Assembly (NCBI GenBank): GCA_046757405.1
Contig: JBHHYE010000007.1
Location: forward strand, 25,222-89,221
DNA length: 64,000 nucleotides
From: Acidobacteriota bacterium
GTDB lineage: Bacteria > Acidobacteriota > Polarisedimenticolia > SMYD01
Reading direction: 5' to 3'
The position numbers were made by a program, and so were the translations under genes. This document shows, one piece after another, positions 1-9,237 of the stretch. The notes below the pieces were generated by a model. It had not been told where the DNA came from. It saw nothing but the letters and a program-made list of their open reading frames with translations, and did not search any database. Numbering within the stretch: position 1 is the first letter of the stretch; each line of letters opens with the position of its first letter.

Positions 1-1
1 G

Positions 2-592
2 GGCCAGGTCCGCGTCCTGGGGCTTCCCCCCGATCGCGCCAGGGGACAGGTGGCCTATGTCCCGCAGCACGTGGAATTCGACCGCAGCTTCCCGATTTGC
101 GTGCAGGACGTGGTCCTCATGGGCCGCCACCAGAGGAAAAAGCTCCTGGCCCCCTACCGGCAGCACGATCGAGACCGTGCCCGGGATGCCCTGCGAAGAG
201 TGGAGCTCTCCGATCTGGCCAACCGCCAGATCGGAGAGCTCTCCGGGGGCCAGCTCAAACGAGTCCTCATTGCACGAGCCCTGGCCGTGGATGCCCGCCT
301 TCTGCTTCTGGACGAGCCCATGGCCAGCCTCGACACCCGCATGGGGGAGGAAATGTACGGACTCCTGGATGCGCTCTCGCGCGGCATGACCTTGATCCTC
401 GTTTCTCACGACATCGGCGTCCTCTCCCAGCACGTGAGCAGCGTGGCTTGCCTGAACCGCCGCCTGTTTCATCATGGTTCCCGCGAGATCACACGCGAGA
501 TGCTGGATGCAACCTACGGGAGCGGCGTCAATGTGGTCGTTCACGATCATCCGCACCATTTGCCGGCAGGAACCGGCCACCGAGGCCCTTGA
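2..592 (+). CDS. znuC: Zn/Mn-type ABC transporter ATP-binding protein (C-terminal part; 5' end lies outside the window)
   Basis: The frame is open to the window edge. ABC signature LSGGQLKRV, Walker B LLLLDEP, H-loop VSHD, His-rich tail HDHPHH. The stop shares a base with the next start (TGATG at 590-594). Confidence 0.85.
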   Translation, partial: GQVRVLGLPPDRARGQVAYVPQHVEFDRSFPICVQDVVLMGRHQRKKLLAPYRQHDRDRARDALRRVELSDLANRQIGELSGGQLKRVLIARALAVDARLLLLDEPMASLDTRMGEEMYGLLDALSRGMTLILVSHDIGVLSQHVSSVACLNRRLFHHGSREITREMLDATYGSGVNVVVHDHPHHLPAGTGHRGP

Positions 593-1446
593 TGCTCGTG
601 GAGCCGCTCCAGTACCCCTTTTTTCAGCGCGCTTTGGCGGCCGGCATTCTGGCTGGGATCGCTTGCGGCATCATGGGAACCTTGGTCGTGGTCAAGCGGA
701 TGGCGTCCGTTTCCGGAGGATTGTCCCATGCTGCCTTCGGCGGCGTCGGCCTGGGGTACCTGCTGGGCTTCGACCCCATGCTGGGCGCCACCGCATTCGC
801 AGTGCTCACCGGCACCGTCCTGGGCATGGCTTACCGCTACCTCCAGACGAGCCTGGACACCCTCATCGCCATGCTCTGGTCGGTCGGGATGGCCATGGGC
901 ATTCTCTTCGTGTCCCTGGCCCCCGGTTACGCACCGGACCTGATGAGCTATCTGTTCGGAAGCATCCTGTTTGTCCCGCTCCACCACATATGGTTGGTCC
1001 TGGCCCTGGACCTGGTCATGGTGTTCACGGTCTGGCTCCTCTACAAGGAAATCCAGGCCGTGGTTTTCGATGAGCAGTTTGCCGCGGTCATGGGAGTCCC
1101 GGTGCAACCGATTTTCCAGGGTCTTCTTGTCATGACCTCCCTGACCGTGGTGACCCTGATCAAAGTCGTGGGCATCATCCTGGTCATCGCGCTGCTGACC
1201 ATTCCAGCGGCCATCGCCGCACAGTGGTCCCGAAGCCTCTCCCGTATGATGATCATGGCCTCGGTGCTGGGCACGGCCTGCGCCATTTCCGGGATTTACC
1301 TGTCTTACTGGCTCTCGTCCCTCTGGGACCTCAAGGCTCCGACCGGCCCCCTGATCGTTCTTCTGGCCGCCAGTCTGTACGGACTGAGCAGCCTCGTCCA
1401 GAACCTTTCCCGCCGGCCCGCGGTCCAGGGGCCCCGGCCGGAGTGA
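592..1446 (+). CDS. znuB: Zn/Mn-type ABC transporter permease (ZnuB/ABC-3 family)
   Basis: The ATG at 592 is coupled to the znuC stop. The sequence from MLVEPLQYPFFQRAL onward is polytopic and hydrophobic, as in ABC-3 permeases. The upstream part of the 97..1446 track ORF is Pro/Arg-rich junk. Confidence 0.85.
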   Translation: MLVEPLQYPFFQRALAAGILAGIACGIMGTLVVVKRMASVSGGLSHAAFGGVGLGYLLGFDPMLGATAFAVLTGTVLGMAYRYLQTSLDTLIAMLWSVGMAMGILFVSLAPGYAPDLMSYLFGSILFVPLHHIWLVLALDLVMVFTVWLLYKEIQAVVFDEQFAAVMGVPVQPIFQGLLVMTSLTVVTLIKVVGIILVIALLTIPAAIAAQWSRSLSRMMIMASVLGTACAISGIYLSYWLSSLWDLKAPTGPLIVLLAASLYGLSSLVQNLSRRPAVQGPRPE

Positions 1447-1462
1447 GGTGGCAAGCCACCCC

Positions 1463-4400
1463 ATGAAACCGCGCCGTCACCTCCACAGTCGACTCCAATG
1501 CGTCCCCCACCGGGGCATGGCGAGCGGTTCCCACAGCACCAGAAGAAAGGAGACTCCCGTGGCAAGGCTCTTCATCCTCCTCACAATCGTCATGCTGGCC
1601 GCCAGCGGCCCGTCTCTGGAATCGGAGACGGGCGCGAAGAGTACCAACGACGGTGATCTCCTGACCGCGGAGACTTTTTCCGGTCTGGCGTTTCGTTCTC
1701 TGGGCCCTGCTTTGATGTCGGGACGCATCGCTGATATCGCGGTTCACCCACACCGACGACATGAGTACTACGTGGCCGCCGCATCCGGTGGGGTCTGGAA
1801 AACCATGGATGCCGGAATCACCTGGGCGCCCATCTTCGATCAAGAAGACTCCTACTCGATTGGCTGCCTGGCCATCGATCCGGAGGATCCGCTGGTGCTC
1901 TGGGTCGGAACCGGAGAAAACAACAGCCAGCGAAGCGTTTCCTATGGCGACGGCATCTACAAATCAACCGACGGCGGGGCAAGCTGGAACCGGGTTGGCC
2001 TGGAGCATTCAGAGCACATCGCCAAGATTCTCATCGATCCTCGCGACTCGGATACGGTCTACGTGGCGGCCCAAGGCCCCCTCTGGGGCCCTGGTGGCGA
2101 CCGCGGACTCTACAAGACCACCGACGGCGGAGCGAGCTGGAACGCGGTGCTCCAGATCAGCGAGAACACCGGAGTCACCGATGTGGTGATGGATCCCCGC
2201 AATCCGGACGTCCTCTATGCCGCCGCCTACCAGCGCCGGCGCCGCGCTTGGACGCTCATTGACGGCGGTCCCGAATCGGCCATTCACAAGTCGGTGGACG
2301 GCGGCAAGACCTGGACGAAGCTCGAGCAAGGTCTTCCCGAAGAGGACATGGGCCGGATCGGCCTGGCCATTGCGCCAACCCGTCCGGACACGGTGTACGC
2401 CATCATCGAGGCGGCCGGCAAAGCGGGCGGCTTTTACCGTTCCTCCAACGGCGGCGGGACGTGGATCAAGCGCAGCGATTACATCAGCTCGAGCCCCCAG
2501 TACTACCAGGAGATCGTGCCCGACCCTTTGGATGCCGACCGGGTGTACTCGCTGGATACCTTCATGATGGTCACCGAAGATGGCGGAAAGAAATTCCACA
2601 AGGTCGGCGGACGGACGAAACATGTCGACGACCATGCCCTGTGGATCGACCCGGCCGACCCGGCCTATCTCCTCGCTGGCTGCGACGGCGGCCTCTATGA
2701 AAGTTTCAGCCGGGGTCTCACCTGGGGTTTCAAGGCCAACCTACCCGTGACCCAGTTCTACAGGGTGGGCCTCGACAACGATTTCCCCTTCTACAACCTC
2801 TATGGAGGGACCCAGGACAACGCGACCCTTGGCGGTCCCTCCCGCACCATCAGCAGCCATGGCATCACCAATCGCGACTGGTTCGTGACCGTTTTTGGCG
2901 ATGGCTTCGGGACTCAGGTCGACCCTGAAGATCCCGACACCATTTACTCCCAGTCGCAATACGGCGGGCTCGTGCGGTTCAACCGGCGCAGCGGAGAGAT
3001 CACGGATATCCAACCCCAGCCCGGTCCTGGCGAGCCGGCGTTGCGGTGGAACTGGAATTCGCCGCTGATGATCAGCCCCCATTCCCACACCCGCCTCTAC
3101 TTTGGCGCCCAGGCCCTCTTTCGAAGCGACGATCGAGGGAACACCTGGCATGCGGTCAGCGGCGACCTGACCCGCGGCCTGGAACGGAATCAGCTCGAGG
3201 TGATGGGCCGCATCCAGAGCGTTGACGCCGTGGCCAAGAACGAATCGACCTCCTTCTTCGGAAACCTGGTTGCCCTCTCCGAATCTCCGCTGCTGGAGGG
3301 TCTTCTCTACGCCGGCACCGACGATGGATTGATCCAGGTCTCCGGGGACGGCGGCAGGAGCTGGCGGCGGATCGCGCGCTTTCCCGGGGTTCCCGAGATG
3401 GCCTCCGTCAGCGACATCGAGGCCTCCCTCCACGAGCCGGACACGGTCTATGTCACCTTCGACAATCATAAGAGCGCCGACTTCAAACCGTATGTTCTCA
3501 AGAGCGCCGACCGGGGACACCGATGGACCTCCGTTTCCGGAGATCTCCCAGGGCGCGGCTCCGTTCATTCTCTCAAGGAAGATCATGTCCATCCGGGGCT
3601 CTTGTTCGCCGGCACCGAATTCGGCGTTTACTTCACGCAAGATGGCGGCCGGAGATGGATCCAGCTCGAGGGGGGACTGCCGACCATTGCTGTCCGCGAC
3701 CTGGAGATCCAGCGGCGCGAGAACGACCTGATCATCGCCACTTTCGGAAGGGGCTTCTACATTCTGGATGACTACACACCGCTCAGAATTCTGAACGAGG
3801 ACATGCTGGCCCGAGACGCTGTGCTCTTGCCCGTCAAAAACCCTTGGCTGTATGTTCCCAGCCATGCGCTGGGGCTGCCCGGCAAGTCGTTCCAGGGGGA
3901 CGCCTTCTATAGTGCACCCAATCCACCCTTCGGCGCCACCATCACCTATTACCTTCGAGAAACCATCAAGACGCGGCAGCAGCGGCGGCGAGATTTCGAA
4001 AAAGAGAGGCTCGAGGCGCACGAGACTTCACCCTATCCCACCTGGGATGATCTCCGGTTGGAAGATCGGGAGGAGAAGCCGGCCGTCGTTCTCACCGTCA
4101 AGGACGGACAGGGACGGATCCTCCGGCGTCTCACCGGCCCGGTCACCAGCGGCCTCCACCGTGTGGCCTGGGACCTGCGCCTGCCGGCTCCCAATCCAAC
4201 CCGGCTGAAACCTCCGGAGGACCTGCCCCCATGGGCCGCTCCGCCGCGGGGCCCCCTGGTGGTGCCCGGCCCGTACGCGGTGGACCTGGCCACGCGGGTG
4301 GACGGCAAGACCCTCTCCCTCGCGGCCTCCCAGGATTTCTCGGTGATCCCCCTGGGAGCCGGGACCATGGATGCCGCGCAACGAAGAGACCTCTACGAGT

Positions 4401-4855
4401 TCGAGCGCCGCACCGCCCGGCTCCAGCGCGCCGTCCTGGGCGCGGTCCGGACCCTGGCAGATGCCCAGGTTCGTCTCGATCATATCAAGCAGGCGCTCTA
4501 CGACACGCCAGAAATCGATCCAAGCATGGATTCCCGGGTTCGGTCCCTGGAAAGACGCCTGAAGACTCTTCGCGCGGAGCTCGCCGGCGACAGGACACTT
4601 CAAGAGCGGAACGAGCCGGTCCCGCCTTCTCTCGTCGGCCGGGTCCAACGCATCGTGGAAGGACACTGGAGTTCCACCTCCGCGCCGACCACAACCCAGC
4701 GCCAGAACTATGATGCTGCGGCCGCCGCCTTCGGCAGCTTGCTGGAAAAGATCCGGGAACTGGTCAAGGAAGACATGGGGCGGCTCGAAACCGATCTCGA
4801 AACGGCCAGGGTTCCCTGGACACCGGGGAGAGTGCCACTCTGGCAGCCTGATTGA
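1463..4855 (+). CDS. Large secreted BNR/Asp-box (sortilin/VPS10-like) repeat protein
   Basis: Repeated SxDxGxTW Asp-boxes (STDGGASWNRV, TTDGGASWNAV, SVDGGKTWTKL, SSNGGGTWIKR, SGDGGRSWRRI, TQDGGRRWIQL). N-terminal hydrophobic signal LFILLTIVMLAASG. The start is uncertain: GTG 1448, ATG 1463 or ATG 1517. Confidence 0.8.
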   Translation: MKPRRHLHSRLQCVPHRGMASGSHSTRRKETPVARLFILLTIVMLAASGPSLESETGAKSTNDGDLLTAETFSGLAFRSLGPALMSGRIADIAVHPHRRHEYYVAAASGGVWKTMDAGITWAPIFDQEDSYSIGCLAIDPEDPLVLWVGTGENNSQRSVSYGDGIYKSTDGGASWNRVGLEHSEHIAKILIDPRDSDTVYVAAQGPLWGPGGDRGLYKTTDGGASWNAVLQISENTGVTDVVMDPRNPDVLYAAAYQRRRRAWTLIDGGPESAIHKSVDGGKTWTKLEQGLPEEDMGRIGLAIAPTRPDTVYAIIEAAGKAGGFYRSSNGGGTWIKRSDYISSSPQYYQEIVPDPLDADRVYSLDTFMMVTEDGGKKFHKVGGRTKHVDDHALWIDPADPAYLLAGCDGGLYESFSRGLTWGFKANLPVTQFYRVGLDNDFPFYNLYGGTQDNATLGGPSRTISSHGITNRDWFVTVFGDGFGTQVDPEDPDTIYSQSQYGGLVRFNRRSGEITDIQPQPGPGEPALRWNWNSPLMISPHSHTRLYFGAQALFRSDDRGNTWHAVSGDLTRGLERNQLEVMGRIQSVDAVAKNESTSFFGNLVALSESPLLEGLLYAGTDDGLIQVSGDGGRSWRRIARFPGVPEMASVSDIEASLHEPDTVYVTFDNHKSADFKPYVLKSADRGHRWTSVSGDLPGRGSVHSLKEDHVHPGLLFAGTEFGVYFTQDGGRRWIQLEGGLPTIAVRDLEIQRRENDLIIATFGRGFYILDDYTPLRILNEDMLARDAVLLPVKNPWLYVPSHALGLPGKSFQGDAFYSAPNPPFGATITYYLRETIKTRQQRRRDFEKERLEAHETSPYPTWDDLRLEDREEKPAVVLTVKDGQGRILRRLTGPVTSGLHRVAWDLRLPAPNPTRLKPPEDLPPWAAPPRGPLVVPGPYAVDLATRVDGKTLSLAASQDFSVIPLGAGTMDAAQRRDLYEFERRTARLQRAVLGAVRTLADAQVRLDHIKQALYDTPEIDPSMDSRVRSLERRLKTLRAELAGDRTLQERNEPVPPSLVGRVQRIVEGHWSSTSAPTTTQRQNYDAAAAAFGSLLEKIRELVKEDMGRLETDLETARVPWTPGRVPLWQPD

Positions 4856-4907
4856 TCCAGCGCCCCCGGGCAGCAGGCAATGGATCCAGGAGTGCGGAAA
4901 TCCCGCT

Positions 4908-6422
4908 TCAGCCCATCGCCGCTTCGCGCAGTCGTTGGCGGACAAAATCGGCCGGCAAAGCCGCCAGAAAATGTCCCGCCCGCGGCCCGCGCGGCTTGCC
5001 GATCAGGGCAAGGTACAGAGCGGTGAAGAAGGGGGCCGGGGAGGGGGCGCCTTGTTCCTGGACAAGGTCGTAAATCAGGGCGTGAAGACTCTCCGCGTCA
5101 GCCTCGTCCTGGATCCGAGAGGTGAGCGCTGCCAGGAAGGTCTTCTGCTCCACGGTCAGCCGGCGAGCCGCCTCGGGCAGCGTCGGAGCCAGAGAGAACC
5201 GGACAGCCTCCGGCGCAAAACCCTCCAGCCAGTTACGAATATATCCCATGCTCCTTTCCAAGGCCCGGGAATCCCCGGCCTGGTAGCCGGTGCGCTCCAG
5301 GATCTCTTTCACCCGACCCACATCGAAATCGGCCACCTGCGCCACGGTCACCAGGTGTCTGAAGGGCACGCGACAACCTGGCTCGCCCGCCAAGCACGCC
5401 AGTTGCGCCGCACGCGGGTTCCGGTTCTTGCTGCCCGGGTCCTCAAGCTCTTCGTGCAGCGCCAGGAGCGGCAGCCCGGGATCGAAAACGATGCTCTTCT
5501 GCGGCTCCGTTCTGAGAACCAGGTATCTCAGAACCTGCGGCGGAACCACCCTGAGCATCTTGTGGATGGCGAGGACATTGCCCTTGGAGGAGGACATATC
5601 ACCCTTCCCCCGCAGTGCAATCCACTCGTAGGGCACAGGGAACGGCGGGGGAGCTCCGAAAACCTCCCGGGCAATGCGGATCCCGGTGTCGTAGGAACCG
5701 CCGCGACTCGCATGATCCTTGCCGAACGGTTCCAGGGTCACATTCAGAACCTTCCAGCGCGCGGGCCAGTCAACCCGCCAGGTCAACTTGCCGCCGCCGG
5801 CGAACGGCACGGACCCTTTCCCGCCGCACGCGCAATCATAGAAGACCTTCTTGGCTCCCAGGTCAAAACCCGTGACCATGGTCTCCGTGAGCCGGTTGCA
5901 CCGCGCGCAACGCGGGTCGAACGGCGACCAGCCCCGGTGCACCTGCTTGCCGGTCAACTCACTCAGAATGACCGCGATCTGCTCCGTGTGCTGGAGGGCC
6001 GTGCCGATGACGGCGTCCATCCTTCCGGAAGCGTAAAGCTCGTCGGCGCGGATGACCTCCGCTCCAACTCCCAGCTCCCGCAGGGCCGCCACGAACGGCT
6101 GGAGGAAGTGCTCGCTGTAGGATGCATGATCCGAACAGGGGCAGCCAATCTGAGCCAGCGACCGGCCGATCAGCGGGCCGTAGATTGACGGATCCAGGAA
6201 CGAGTAGACTCTGCGGAGAGGGTCCAGGTTATCGGCAATGAACAGGAAATGGGCCTCGACGCCCCTCTCCTCCAGGACCCGGAACACACCTTCCGCCGTC
6301 ATGATCTCACGCAGGTTGCCCAGATGAATCTCACCCGACGGCGAGATCCCCGTCGCGAGCCTCTGGGGCTCGTTCCCGCCCGCCAGGAGCCTGTCTGCCA
6401 CGTGATCCGCCCAGAACGCCAT
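4908..6422 (-). CDS. lysK: Lysine--tRNA ligase, class I (archaeal type)
   Basis: N-terminus MAFWADHVADRLL, HIGH-like IHLGNLRE and KMSKS-like DMSSSKGN are characteristic of class I LysRS. The ATG at 6422 is preceded by GGAGG 5 nt upstream, so it is preferred over the longer ORF start at 6443. Confidence 0.9.
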   Translation of the reverse strand: MAFWADHVADRLLAGGNEPQRLATGISPSGEIHLGNLREIMTAEGVFRVLEERGVEAHFLFIADNLDPLRRVYSFLDPSIYGPLIGRSLAQIGCPCSDHASYSEHFLQPFVAALRELGVGAEVIRADELYASGRMDAVIGTALQHTEQIAVILSELTGKQVHRGWSPFDPRCARCNRLTETMVTGFDLGAKKVFYDCACGGKGSVPFAGGGKLTWRVDWPARWKVLNVTLEPFGKDHASRGGSYDTGIRIAREVFGAPPPFPVPYEWIALRGKGDMSSSKGNVLAIHKMLRVVPPQVLRYLVLRTEPQKSIVFDPGLPLLALHEELEDPGSKNRNPRAAQLACLAGEPGCRVPFRHLVTVAQVADFDVGRVKEILERTGYQAGDSRALERSMGYIRNWLEGFAPEAVRFSLAPTLPEAARRLTVEQKTFLAALTSRIQDEADAESLHALIYDLVQEQGAPSPAPFFTALYLALIGKPRGPRAGHFLAALPADFVRQRLREAAMG

Positions 6423-6529
6423 GACGCCTCCGGAGCGGGTCATCCTAGCAGCCCCTCACACCGGGCGAAAGACGGGCCGTTCGCGACGACGGTTTGTGCG
6501 GAGTGTCGACCGACCGGAAAGATCGCCCC

Positions 6530-6562
6530 GCGCGCCCGGTGACGGTTTCATTCCGGGCGCGC
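6530..6562. terminator. Perfect 10-bp GC inverted repeat (GCGCGCCCGG-N13-CCGGGCGCGC) between modC and lysK
   Basis: Read directly from the sequence. There is no U-tract on either strand, so a terminator or attenuator role is only a guess. Confidence 0.25.
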
Positions 6563-6687
6563 AGGGCCGGGGATCCAGTGACCCCCCCCTTGATGATCAT
6601 CGTATGGGTGGACCTCGCTTCCGAGGACAAATCGTATATACCTTGATGGCTGCGCCATGTCAACGGTTTCTCCACCTGGAGCGGGAA

Positions 6688-7767
6688 TCATGTGGACGGT
6701 CCGTCCGCACCTGCGTTCGCCCGCTCCACGGCGAGCGCCTTGAACATCGCCGTGACCTCCACTCCGGCCGCCAGGGACAGCTCTTTTTCGGCCTCACGCG
6801 TGATCAGCGCGAAGAAGGGGTCCGGTCCCCCCAGCTCCACCCAGGAGCGGTCCCCCAGCGGCAGGATCGATCGAACCCGCATCCTGAGCTGGTTGCGGGC
6901 ACTGATCTGGCCGGGCCCTCCCACTGCCAGGAGGACCTCGGAAGGGCGCACCAGGAGCGTGGTCGCGTCTCCCGGGGTCACGCCGTTCAAGACCGCCTGC
7001 AGCCGGTACTCTCCCCACTGAAGCTGCATCTGACCATCGGTTTGGCGGCCCACCACCCGAACGTCGAGAAAGTTGTTCGGTTCGTCGGTTCCCAGGCCGA
7101 CGGCGTCCTGGAGGATTCGGCTCGGCCTCCCTTCCCAGAGGACCCGCCCCCCCTGGAGCCGAACCACGCGATCGGCGATGGCAAGCACTTCCGCCGGCTG
7201 GTGCGTCACGTAAAGCACGGGAAACTCCAGTTGCCTCCGCAGCCGCCGCAAGGCGAGAAGCGTCTCCCGCTTCAGTGCCGGGTCGAGCCCGCTCAGCGGT
7301 TCATCCAGCATCAGGGCGCGGGGAGCCGTCGCCAAGGCGCGGGCCATGGCGACCCGGCGTACCTCGCCTCCGGAAAGGGTCGCGGGGCGCCGTTCCCGGA
7401 GTGCGTTCAAGCCGAGGAGTTTCATCCACTCCTGCATGCGCGTCCCATGCGCCACACTGCCCCGGCGGAAACCGAAATAAATATTCTTCTCCACGTTCAG
7501 ATGGGGAAAAAGCAGTCCTTCCTGGAAGACGGCGCCGAACCGCCGCTTCTCAGGCGGGACGCGCGGTCCGCCGGGAGCCCGCTCGATGAGATGATCTTTC
7601 CACCAGATCTCACCGGAGTGAAGGCGCTCGATGCCGAGAAGAAGATGGAGAATCGTGGACTTTCCGCTGCCCGAGGGGCCCACCAGGGCCGTCACCCCGG
7701 GCGGCATCTCGAGGGAGAGATCGAGAGCGAACGCGCCGCGGCGGCAAGAGAGAGAACAGCGGATCAT
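6688..7767 (-). CDS. modC: Molybdate ABC transporter ATP-binding protein
   Basis: Walker A GPSGSGKST, signature LSGGEVRRV, Walker B LMLDEP, plus a C-terminal TOBE/Mop-like extension. The gene lies in a modA-modB-modC arrangement with overlapping junctions. Confidence 0.9.
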   Translation of the reverse strand: MIRCSLSCRRGAFALDLSLEMPPGVTALVGPSGSGKSTILHLLLGIERLHSGEIWWKDHLIERAPGGPRVPPEKRRFGAVFQEGLLFPHLNVEKNIYFGFRRGSVAHGTRMQEWMKLLGLNALRERRPATLSGGEVRRVAMARALATAPRALMLDEPLSGLDPALKRETLLALRRLRRQLEFPVLYVTHQPAEVLAIADRVVRLQGGRVLWEGRPSRILQDAVGLGTDEPNNFLDVRVVGRQTDGQMQLQWGEYRLQAVLNGVTPGDATTLLVRPSEVLLAVGGPGQISARNQLRMRVRSILPLGDRSWVELGGPDPFFALITREAEKELSLAAGVEVTAMFKALAVERANAGADGPST

Positions 7768-8450
7768 TTCTCGCCCCAGATCCGCAACCGGTGCTCAGCC
7801 ATGCGGCCCAGAGCCAGTGTTCCAAACGCCAGGCCGGCTGAGATAGCGGCCAGGCGCAGGGCACCGGCCTCGTCACCATTGGCCACGCGGTGGAACAGGT
7901 CGAGAGGAAGGGTTCGGGTTTGCCCGGGAATGGAGCCGGCAACGATGACCGTCGCACCGAATTCGCCCAGGGCGCGGGCGAAGGCCAGCAATGAACCGGA
8001 GATCACCGCGGGGAGCGCCAGCGGCAGGTGAACGCGAAAATAGATGGACACCGGTCCTGCGCCCAGGGTTCGGGCCACCTGTCCTAGCCGGGGGTCCACC
8101 GCCTCGAAACCCAGGAGCAAGGAGCGCAGCACCAAGGGAAAGGAAACAACCGCCGCGGCCAGCGCGGCACCCAGCCAGGTGAACACCAGGCGGACCCCCA
8201 GGGTCGCGGCCAGGAAATGACCCAGGGGGGAACGGGGTGCCAGAAGCGCAAGAAGAAGGAATCCTGTCGCCACAGGGGGCAGAACCAGGGGAAGGCTCAA
8301 AATCGTCTCCACCGCTCCCCGTCCAGGAAACCGGCGCCGGGCCAGCAACCGGGCGGCGATCAGGGCCGGCGGCAAGTTCAGCAGAACGGCCATCACCGCG
8401 ACCTTGAGACTCAGGAGAACCGTGACCGTCACCTGCCCCATATCACTCAT
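7764..8450 (-). CDS. modB: Molybdate ABC transporter permease
   Basis: The ATG at 8450 overlaps the modA stop. The polytopic protein has an EAA-type loop (ARALGEFGATVIVAGSIPGQTRTLP). The upstream part of the track ORF is non-coding-like. Confidence 0.9.
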   Translation of the reverse strand: MSDMGQVTVTVLLSLKVAVMAVLLNLPPALIAARLLARRRFPGRGAVETILSLPLVLPPVATGFLLLALLAPRSPLGHFLAATLGVRLVFTWLGAALAAAVVSFPLVLRSLLLGFEAVDPRLGQVARTLGAGPVSIYFRVHLPLALPAVISGSLLAFARALGEFGATVIVAGSIPGQTRTLPLDLFHRVANGDEAGALRLAAISAGLAFGTLALGRMAEHRLRIWGEK

Positions 8451-9225
8451 GCAGATCCCGGCGCGACAGAACCTCGAACCCCGCTTCCCGAAACCGTCTT
8501 GAACCGCGGGGAGAAAGAAGAAACTCCAGAAAGACGCTCCCCCCGGGCCGGCCGCCGGCCAGCGGGACCGCCGCATAAACGATAGGAGGATGGTCCGCGG
8601 GAGAAAAGACGAAGGCGACCCGCACACGGCGGGAGACCCGGGCATCGGTGGCATAAACAATCCCGGCGTCGGCGCGGCCCGCTTCAACGAACGCCAGCGC
8701 CGCCCGGACATCCGGCGCCGGAACCAGGCGCGATGCCACCCGGCTCCAGACGCCGGAGTGCTCCAGAGCCGCCCGCCCGTACCAGCCGGCGGGGACCGTG
8801 TCCGGATCCCCCATGGCGAGGAGGCGCACGCGCGGGCTCAGAAGATCAGCCGGCCGCCTGAGGCGGAGTGGGGAATCGGCGGGCACCACGACCACCAGGC
8901 GGTTGGAGAGGAGGTCCCGGCGGGAAGCCCGGCTGGCCCGGCCTTCACCGATGAGCTCCTCCACCGGTTGCGGCCCGGCGGCGATGAAGAGATCCGCCGG
9001 CGCCCCTGATTCGATCTGTCTCTGGAGAAACTTGGACGAGCCGGCGCTCACCACCACCGCCGGCCCTTCCTGCGCGGTGAAATCCCGGGCCAGCACCTCC
9101 ACCGTGTCCGCGACACTCGATGCGGCAAAGACCAGAATCGCACCTTTCTGCCCCATGCCGCAGCTCATGCACAGGAAAGGCAGCAACCCGGCCGTGACGG
9201 CCCGGAGCGGAGCATACCCGCGCAT
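8443..9225 (-). CDS. modA: Molybdate-binding periplasmic protein
   Basis: Signal peptide or lipobox-like LLPFLCMSCG, then a type II periplasmic binding fold sequence (ILVFAASSVADTVE, GAPADLFIAA, VPAGWYGRAALE). The ATG at 9225 is preferred over the TTG at 9234. Confidence 0.85.
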   Translation of the reverse strand: MRGYAPLRAVTAGLLPFLCMSCGMGQKGAILVFAASSVADTVEVLARDFTAQEGPAVVVSAGSSKFLQRQIESGAPADLFIAAGPQPVEELIGEGRASRASRRDLLSNRLVVVVPADSPLRLRRPADLLSPRVRLLAMGDPDTVPAGWYGRAALEHSGVWSRVASRLVPAPDVRAALAFVEAGRADAGIVYATDARVSRRVRVAFVFSPADHPPIVYAAVPLAGGRPGGSVFLEFLLSPRGSRRFREAGFEVLSRRDLHE

Positions 9226-9237
9226 GGTTCTCAACCC

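Noticed and set aside
6445-6675. 76-aa minus-strand ORF in the modC-lysK intergenic region
   Set aside because: There is no SD and no motif. It overlaps the strong GC hairpin and the likely lysK promoter or leader. It is probably non-coding.
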